Shown here piece after piece: positions 58,423 through 64,000 of a stretch of DNA of 64,000 nt (the first letter of the stretch is position 1; every line of letters begins with the position of its first letter). Source of the DNA: an uncultured Gammaproteobacteria bacterium (lineage in GTDB: Bacteria; Patescibacteriota; Microgenomatia; UBA8517; JACQJR01). Made by a program: the position numbers and the translations under genes. A model generated the notes under the pieces. That model did not search any database and was not told the origin of the DNA. It saw only the letters and a list, made by a program, of their open reading frames with translations. The DNA lies in the NCBI GenBank assembly GCA_964442455.1, contig CAYTZB010000005.1, positions 5,152 to 69,151 on the forward strand, in the 5' to 3' direction.

Positions 58423-58488
58423 AGAGCGGCATGTACCGTTGTCAATCAGGTAACTGATTTGCATGATGGTATAGCCGCTCTTTTTTTT
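58423..58488 (+). terminator. Long intrinsic terminator
   Basis: AGAGCGGC...GCCGCTCT with nested inner stems, followed by a T run. Confidence 0.75.
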
Positions 58489-58515
58489 GGTTAGTACCTT
58501 GTGTAACTTCGCTAT

Positions 58516-59280
58516 CTATACCAACTTTTGCACAAATGCCCCCACAAAATACGCAATGGACGCGGCTGCCGAACCAACCAACAACATCTCCAACCCTCCC
58601 CGAAACCAACTCACCGTCGTAATAAAAGTTCTTGCTGCTCCCACCACAAAAAGCATAGCCGCACCCACAAGAATTGAAAACAAAAAGGGAGACGGGCCGG
58701 GTGACACAAGATAAGGAAGAAGCGGAAAAAATCCAGCAATCACAAACGCGGCGAAGGTCGCCACTCCATGTTTCTTGGGCTCGTCGCTCGAATCTTCCAT
58801 AATACCGAGCTCGTCTTTCATCATCGTATCAAGCCACACCTCTCGGTTTGACGTCACAACTTTTACTGCGTTCTCAAGCTCTTTTCCCCGAAATCCTTTG
58901 CGTGTAAAAATCTCTCGTATCTCTTCAATCTCAAGCTCTCTTAGATGGTCAATTTCCCAACTCTCTTTCTCGCGCTGAGAGCGCGCAAAATCCTGCTCTG
59001 ACTTTCCCCCCAGAAAATTGCTTGCGCCCATCGATATACCATCTGCCAAAATATTTGCCAAACCCAAAATAACGACCACACTCGCGGGCAACGCAGCTCC
59101 CGCTGCACCCGCAACAACGGCAAACGTTGTAATAATCCCATCATTTGCACCGTATACTAAATCACCAATGTAACGCCCGGCTGTATGTTGATGGAGCAGT
59201 GCTTCTTGTCGCTGATATTCGGGATGCGTATGAAGATATCTCTCTTTACGCGCTATTACCTCTTCTTCCTTTTTACCCAT
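58516..59280 (-). CDS. VIT1/CCC1-family Fe/Mn transporter
   Basis: VYGANDGIITTFAVVAG, ADGISMG, MMKDELG. Confidence 0.9.
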   Translation of the reverse strand: MGKKEEEVIARKERYLHTHPEYQRQEALLHQHTAGRYIGDLVYGANDGIITTFAVVAGAAGAALPASVVVILGLANILADGISMGASNFLGGKSEQDFARSQREKESWEIDHLRELEIEEIREIFTRKGFRGKELENAVKVVTSNREVWLDTMMKDELGIMEDSSDEPKKHGVATFAAFVIAGFFPLLPYLVSPGPSPFLFSILVGAAMLFVVGAARTFITTVSWFRGGLEMLLVGSAAASIAYFVGAFVQKLV

Positions 59281-59325
59281 ACAAACCATTGTAGCGCAAC
59301 ACTAATCACTAGTCACCACTATTTA

Positions 59326-59979
59326 TTATAAAGGTGTTGCAGTAGGCGAGGCAGTTGGAGATGAAGTAGGAGATGCTTTGGGACTTGAGGTTGGGCTTGC
59401 TTTCGGAGTGGACTTGGGACTAGGAGACGGGGAAGGTTTCGGTGTCTGCCCCTTTCGGAGTCCCGTAATTATCTCTACATCTGCCCCTGAAGGCGCCCGT
59501 GTGGTTTGTTTAACACTCGTGTATGTATCTTCAAGCAGCGCTATAAGTTCATTTTTTATATCGTCAGTTACTGAACTCCCGATTGTAATTTCTGTTGCTT
59601 GATAGTCTTCTTTCCCGGCATTTCCAGCGTCCACATCGGTATATCCCACCGCTTTCAACTTGTCGCGAAGCAGTGCTGCCTCCCCTGTAACGCCCGTCCC
59701 GTTCAAAACCTTAATTTTTATTTCTTCTCTGTTAATGGGGGCTGGGGTAAGAATTGGTTCTTGTGTTGGAGAAAATAAAGGAGTAGGAGAAGGAGCGAGC
59801 TCATCTTTCCCGCCTCTTATGAAAAAGAAGGCACCACCCACTAGCGCAACAAGCACCACTACAACGAAGAGGGGGACAACAATATTACTTTTCTTCTTCG
59901 AATCCCGAGGGCCCAGGAAATCTTGTGTTCGGACAGGGGAGTCAATTACAGCAGTTTTCTCCTGCTCCTCTGTTTCCAT
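59326..59979 (-). CDS. LytR C-terminal domain membrane protein
   Basis: IKVLNGTGVTGEAA, AGNA, DVEIITG; S/P/T-rich tail; the ORF-track TTG start is the -35 box. Confidence 0.8.
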   Translation of the reverse strand: METEEQEKTAVIDSPVRTQDFLGPRDSKKKSNIVVPLFVVVVLVALVGGAFFFIRGGKDELAPSPTPLFSPTQEPILTPAPINREEIKIKVLNGTGVTGEAALLRDKLKAVGYTDVDAGNAGKEDYQATEITIGSSVTDDIKNELIALLEDTYTSVKQTTRAPSGADVEIITGLRKGQTPKPSPSPSPKSTPKASPTSSPKASPTSSPTASPTATPL

Positions 59980-59986
59980 CACGCGG

Positions 59987-60015
59987 AGTATACCCTTGTG
60001 AAAATTACTTGTCAA
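59987..60015 (-). promoter_or_regulatory. sigma70-type promoter, probably leaderless
   Basis: TTGACA-17 bp-TATACT, ATG 7 nt downstream. Confidence 0.75.
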
Positions 60016-60081
60016 GTAGTAGTGTTTAATCGATTAAAATCCAAGGGATAATCACTCTCGTGACATTGTACAATACAAACA

Positions 60082-61755
60082 ATGAGTAAGCATCTCCTCC
60101 TCTTAATTACCATTTCCGTATTTTCAACTGTCGGGATGAAGGCTCTAACCAGTCCAGGGCTTTTTACTGCACATGATATTTGGCATCAAGTAGCACGATT
60201 TTATCATTATCACCAAGCGTTCATTGACAAGCAATTCCCTCCCTATTGGATAGACACTTTAGCTGCGGGGTTTGGATACCCATTGTTTTTCTTTTCGTAC
60301 CCTTTACCTTGGATTATTGGTATTCCATTTCTAGAGCTTGGATTTGATATCCCAACAACAATAAAAGTTCTTTTCTTTCTCTCATATCTTTTATCGGGAG
60401 TTTTTATGTACTTGTTCGCATCCGAACTTTTTAAAAACAAACCCGCCGCTCTTTTATCCTCAATTCTTTACCTTTGGGTACCATATCACTTTTCAACAAT
60501 TCTAGTAAGCGCTGCTATGGGGACGGCATTTGTGTTTACATTTTTTCCTTTACTCCTCCTGGGAATATATAAAATCGGCAACGATAAATCACCAAAGTTA
60601 GGAATTATTTTTACATCTTTTGGTCTTTCAGGAATAATACTCTCTCACATATTGACAACTATCTCATTGCTCCCTTTTATCACCGTATTTACTCTATGGA
60701 TTTTGTTAAACAAAGTTAAAGGCAAAGTTAGGAATGATTTTATCAAAAACGTTACTTTTTCTTTCTTTCTTGGAATTGGTTTATCAACCTTCTATCTCCT
60801 ACCCGCAGTTTTTTATAGTAAATTAACTCAAGTCTCAACAGGAGCATTCAGCGCACTCTATCAAAAAAATTTTGTAAATATTGACCAACTTATATATTCT
60901 CGCTGGGGATACGGGATAAGCGACAATGCAAAAGACGGAGTAATATCCTATCAAATTGGTATAGCTCAATGGTTAGCTTTCCTTGGCACACTAGCAATAT
61001 TTTTAATCAGCAGATCCCGCCTTGCAAGACATTTAATTGAAAGGGTCTCTAAAGAAACAAAAATATTGAGTATTGTGCTCGTGGGTTTATTCGCATTTTC
61101 CACTTTCATGATGATTGATGTCTCGCGTCTAATTTGGGATTTTGGAGCAAAGTTTATAACTCTTGATTACCCAACAATGTTCTTGCTTTCCGCAGCTTTT
61201 TCCGGATCCCTACTAGGTGGCTTACTATTAAAACTAATCAAAGAAAACCTCCGTCCGGCTCTTTTTATTGGAATAGCAGCTGTCGCGCTCTACACAAACA
61301 GAAATCATCTAAACGTCAATATGTATACAAACTACCCGGTATCTCTTTATGTCGCATCAGAAACAACCACAAATTCTTACCATGAATATTTACCAAAAGA
61401 GGCGGATATAAAACTATTTAACGAACCTCACCCATCATTTATAATTCCCGACCTCACTATTTCGGAACTTACTAGAAACACTCGTGGAATTTCTTTTACT
61501 ACTACTCCAAAAGAAGATCTAACGCTTACTCTTAATCATTTTTCTTTCCCGGGAATTTCTCTATACATTGATGGAGAGAAAAGATTATTCACATTAAATA
61601 CACGAGGAAAAATCACATTTCCAATATCTCAAGGAGTACATCAAGTTAAAGTGTCTTTTGAGGAAACGCCTTTGATAAAGATCGCAAAATTCATTACTAT
61701 TGGTTCTCTTATTTTTGTTGTATGGTTAATTAGCAAAATGTTATTGTATCACTAA
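60082..61755 (+). CDS. PTPS-related/YfhO-like GT-C membrane protein
   Basis: TAHD, GFGYPLFFFSYPLP, YSRWGYG, EYLP; paralog of 14689-16533. Confidence 0.78.
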   Translation: MSKHLLLLITISVFSTVGMKALTSPGLFTAHDIWHQVARFYHYHQAFIDKQFPPYWIDTLAAGFGYPLFFFSYPLPWIIGIPFLELGFDIPTTIKVLFFLSYLLSGVFMYLFASELFKNKPAALLSSILYLWVPYHFSTILVSAAMGTAFVFTFFPLLLLGIYKIGNDKSPKLGIIFTSFGLSGIILSHILTTISLLPFITVFTLWILLNKVKGKVRNDFIKNVTFSFFLGIGLSTFYLLPAVFYSKLTQVSTGAFSALYQKNFVNIDQLIYSRWGYGISDNAKDGVISYQIGIAQWLAFLGTLAIFLISRSRLARHLIERVSKETKILSIVLVGLFAFSTFMMIDVSRLIWDFGAKFITLDYPTMFLLSAAFSGSLLGGLLLKLIKENLRPALFIGIAAVALYTNRNHLNVNMYTNYPVSLYVASETTTNSYHEYLPKEADIKLFNEPHPSFIIPDLTISELTRNTRGISFTTTPKEDLTLTLNHFSFPGISLYIDGEKRLFTLNTRGKITFPISQGVHQVKVSFEETPLIKIAKFITIGSLIFVVWLISKMLLYH

Positions 61756-61766
61756 CAAAAAAATTA

Positions 61767-63518
61767 ATGCGCAGATTTCTATACCTAATACAGCATAATT
61801 ATTTGCTTCTTTTAATTCTTATATTTACTTTTTTAAGTAGGCTTCTTCTGCTCGATAAATTTCCAATAGGGATAACTCACGATGAATTAAATTATGTTAT
61901 TGCTGCCAAATCTTTATATTGGACAAAAAACTTCGCACCGGGTACAGCACCTGCTGTTTTTTCGACTGATATGACGAATTTCAGCGTAACAATTGCTGAA
62001 GTTCCTGCCTCAATTCTTGCTTTCTTTATTGGTCCTTTAGATACTTCTCTTTTTACGAGCAGAATTATTGGAGCAATTTTAAATTCTTCTATAGTTCTTG
62101 CCATGTATTTTCTCGTCAAACGTTTAATAAATAGTAAACTTATCGCTTTATTGACTTCTTTAGTTTTAGCCATAAATCCCTGGAGTTTTTTAATGGGAAG
62201 AACTATTTTTGAAACTAATTTTTTTGTCGCTTTTTTTCTTTGGGGATCTGTAATATTACTCGGTCAAAAAGGCTTCAAAGTTTTGCGTGCCTTACCTTTT
62301 TTTATTCTTGGATTTTTTAGTTATACAGGAGGACAAATTGCTTTTTATCTTTTTATTAACATCATATTGCTTTATCGTTACTTCACTCTTCCCAGACAAC
62401 AGATAACCCCTTACGCAATTTTTTTTGTGACAATGACAATAATTCTAGCAGGCTATGTTTATGTTGTGCTTAATAACCAATCTTATTCTTCAAGGGGAGG
62501 AGAAATATACACACCACAAGCAGTTGCCCAAGAAGTTGATAAAGAGAGACAAGTTGCAGTCCAAAATAGCGTTAACCCCATTTTTATTAATAAGATAACT
62601 TTATATTTAAGTGGTTTCCTGGATAAATATCTAAATGCCTATTCTGTTAATAATTTGTTTTTAAGAGGTGAGCTGCGCGCTGCTTTTTCTTACCAGAAAC
62701 ATGGCACTTTTTATTTCCTCGATTTTCTTTTTATAGTTATTGGAGTCTCTTTTTTGTTTAGTAAATACAGGAAAGTTTGGGTCCTTGTGTTATCAATTAT
62801 TGCGGCAGGGGCAGTAACATCAGGAATAAGCTTTATTGAGTATTCATACAGTCAAAGATCTGGATTAATATTTCCTTTTATAACTATCCTTATAGGCGCA
62901 GGGTTGGGTTATATCCTTACAATTTTTAAAAAAAATAAATTTAGGTTTTTTATAGGAGGTGCAATTTTTATCACCTACGGTTTTCTCTTTTTAAATCTTT
63001 TACATTTGTATTTCTATCGTTTCCCTGTTTATGCTTCAGATGGTTGGTTTTTCCAGGATAGGATTTTAAGCCGCTATATTGCACTGACAAACCAGGAACA
63101 TCAAAACACAAAAGTTGTAGTTTCTACCTTTGAACCAAAAATAATTTTCCAGGAATATCTATTTTTTAACAACATTTATAATGGAGAGGAAATTTCCGTC
63201 ATAAATCAAGAGATGAAAAGCGGAGATTATTCTTTTAATAATGTTGTTTTTACAGATAAATGTTTTGATGATAACTTTGACAAGAATACAGTTTGGATTG
63301 GCGATGGATTGCTCGGGTGTGAGAGATTCTCTATTAAAGAAGATAATTTACGCATCACCCGCTTCAGAGATGTTTACGAAATTTATTTAATAAAAGAAGA
63401 TAAAATTTGCCAAGGTCAACAGTTAAATTCTTATGTCTCGCCATTCTCTTTCCAGGATTTTAACATTGAAAAACAGTCAAAAAGTGAATTTTGTCAAAAC
63501 TGGATTACTAAGTTGTAA
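61767..63518 (+). CDS. ArnT/PMT-like GT-C glycosyltransferase
   Basis: [25 protein letters not shown]. Confidence 0.78.
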   Translation: MRRFLYLIQHNYLLLLILIFTFLSRLLLLDKFPIGITHDELNYVIAAKSLYWTKNFAPGTAPAVFSTDMTNFSVTIAEVPASILAFFIGPLDTSLFTSRIIGAILNSSIVLAMYFLVKRLINSKLIALLTSLVLAINPWSFLMGRTIFETNFFVAFFLWGSVILLGQKGFKVLRALPFFILGFFSYTGGQIAFYLFINIILLYRYFTLPRQQITPYAIFFVTMTIILAGYVYVVLNNQSYSSRGGEIYTPQAVAQEVDKERQVAVQNSVNPIFINKITLYLSGFLDKYLNAYSVNNLFLRGELRAAFSYQKHGTFYFLDFLFIVIGVSFLFSKYRKVWVLVLSIIAAGAVTSGISFIEYSYSQRSGLIFPFITILIGAGLGYILTIFKKNKFRFFIGGAIFITYGFLFLNLLHLYFYRFPVYASDGWFFQDRILSRYIALTNQEHQNTKVVVSTFEPKIIFQEYLFFNNIYNGEEISVINQEMKSGDYSFNNVVFTDKCFDDNFDKNTVWIGDGLLGCERFSIKEDNLRITRFRDVYEIYLIKEDKICQGQQLNSYVSPFSFQDFNIEKQSKSEFCQNWITKL

Positions 63519-63541
63519 ACAACGCTCAAAAATTAAAAAAT

Positions 63542-64000
63542 ATGTCGAAACGAAAACCAAAAATTGTTGCCGTAATGCCTGCTTACAATGCGGCAAGAAC
63601 ACTTGAAAAAACCTATAAAGACATTCCAAGAGGTATAGTTGATAAAGTAATCTTGGTTGATGATGGCTCAAGAGACGACACAGTAAAAGTTGCAAAAAAA
63701 TTAGGTCTCCAGGTAGTAGTCCACCCTCAAAACAGGGGTTACGGAGGAAATCAAAAAACTTGCTACACTATTGCTTTATCTGAGGGAGCAGACATCGTTG
63801 TAATGATACATCCCGACTACCAGTACGACAGTACATTAACCGGAGAACTCGTCCGTCCAATAATTCAAAATCGTTTCGATTTAATGCTCGGTTCAAGAGT
63901 TAGAACACGACAAGAGGCCCTAAAAGGAGGAATGCCCCTTTATAAATACACTGGCAATAGAATACTTACCTTAGTGGAAAATTTTGTCCTTGGACAAAAT
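63542..64000 (+). CDS. GT2 DPM-like glycosyltransferase (runs off window)
   Basis: Not in ORF track; [18 protein letters not shown]...VDDGS...GYGGNQK...HPDYQY. Confidence 0.88.
   Translation, partial: MSKRKPKIVAVMPAYNAARTLEKTYKDIPRGIVDKVILVDDGSRDDTVKVAKKLGLQVVVHPQNRGYGGNQKTCYTIALSEGADIVVMIHPDYQYDSTLTGELVRPIIQNRFDLMLGSRVRTRQEALKGGMPLYKYTGNRILTLVENFVLGQN

Noticed and set aside
1-64000. tRNA/rRNA genes or stop-codon reassignment
   Set aside because: No cloverleaf or rRNA sequence noticed by eye; TGA, TAA and TAG all end conserved genes at expected positions

Overview
Chromosomal window of a bacterium using the standard code. Gene content (GT-C glycosyltransferase arrays, VirD4/DUF87-like ATPase beside a CAP protein, minimal TsaB, TrpR-like YerC, mostly Shine-Dalgarno-free genes) points by inference to Patescibacteria/CPR, probably Microgenomates. 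Positions 1-27 kb and 60-64 kb hold a large surface-glycosylation locus (about 12 multi-TM GT-C/YfhO-type proteins, 7 GT2s, a GT4 and a flippase). The 27-35 kb region carries trmD, a divergent nrdR, YkuK, archease, rmlD/rmlA-like genes, a CAP protein and the ATPase. The 35-51 kb region has a 2385-aa sortase substrate, sortase and galE, then a TasA/SipW/protease block between tsaB and tsaE, and a TrpR-like gene with palindromes. The 51-60 kb region has an M23 peptidase, ftsEX, prfB, a microprotein operon, VIT1 and LytR_C. No tRNA, rRNA, CRISPR or transposase was recognised. Main unusual signals: (1) GC-rich structured palindromic elements inserted in frame in many genes, two sharing co-varying terminal stems; (2) a five-gene membrane-microprotein operon with a structured leader and 13-bp direct repeats; (3) a TrpR-like gene with three copies of a palindromic motif (one a perfect 28-bp palindrome) at gene boundaries; (4) two apparent polyproteins, one with an internal sortase signal plus second signal peptide and one with SipW fused to its own substrate; (5) a circularly permuted M23 peptidase. 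All calls come from reading the sequence by eye; no searches were run.
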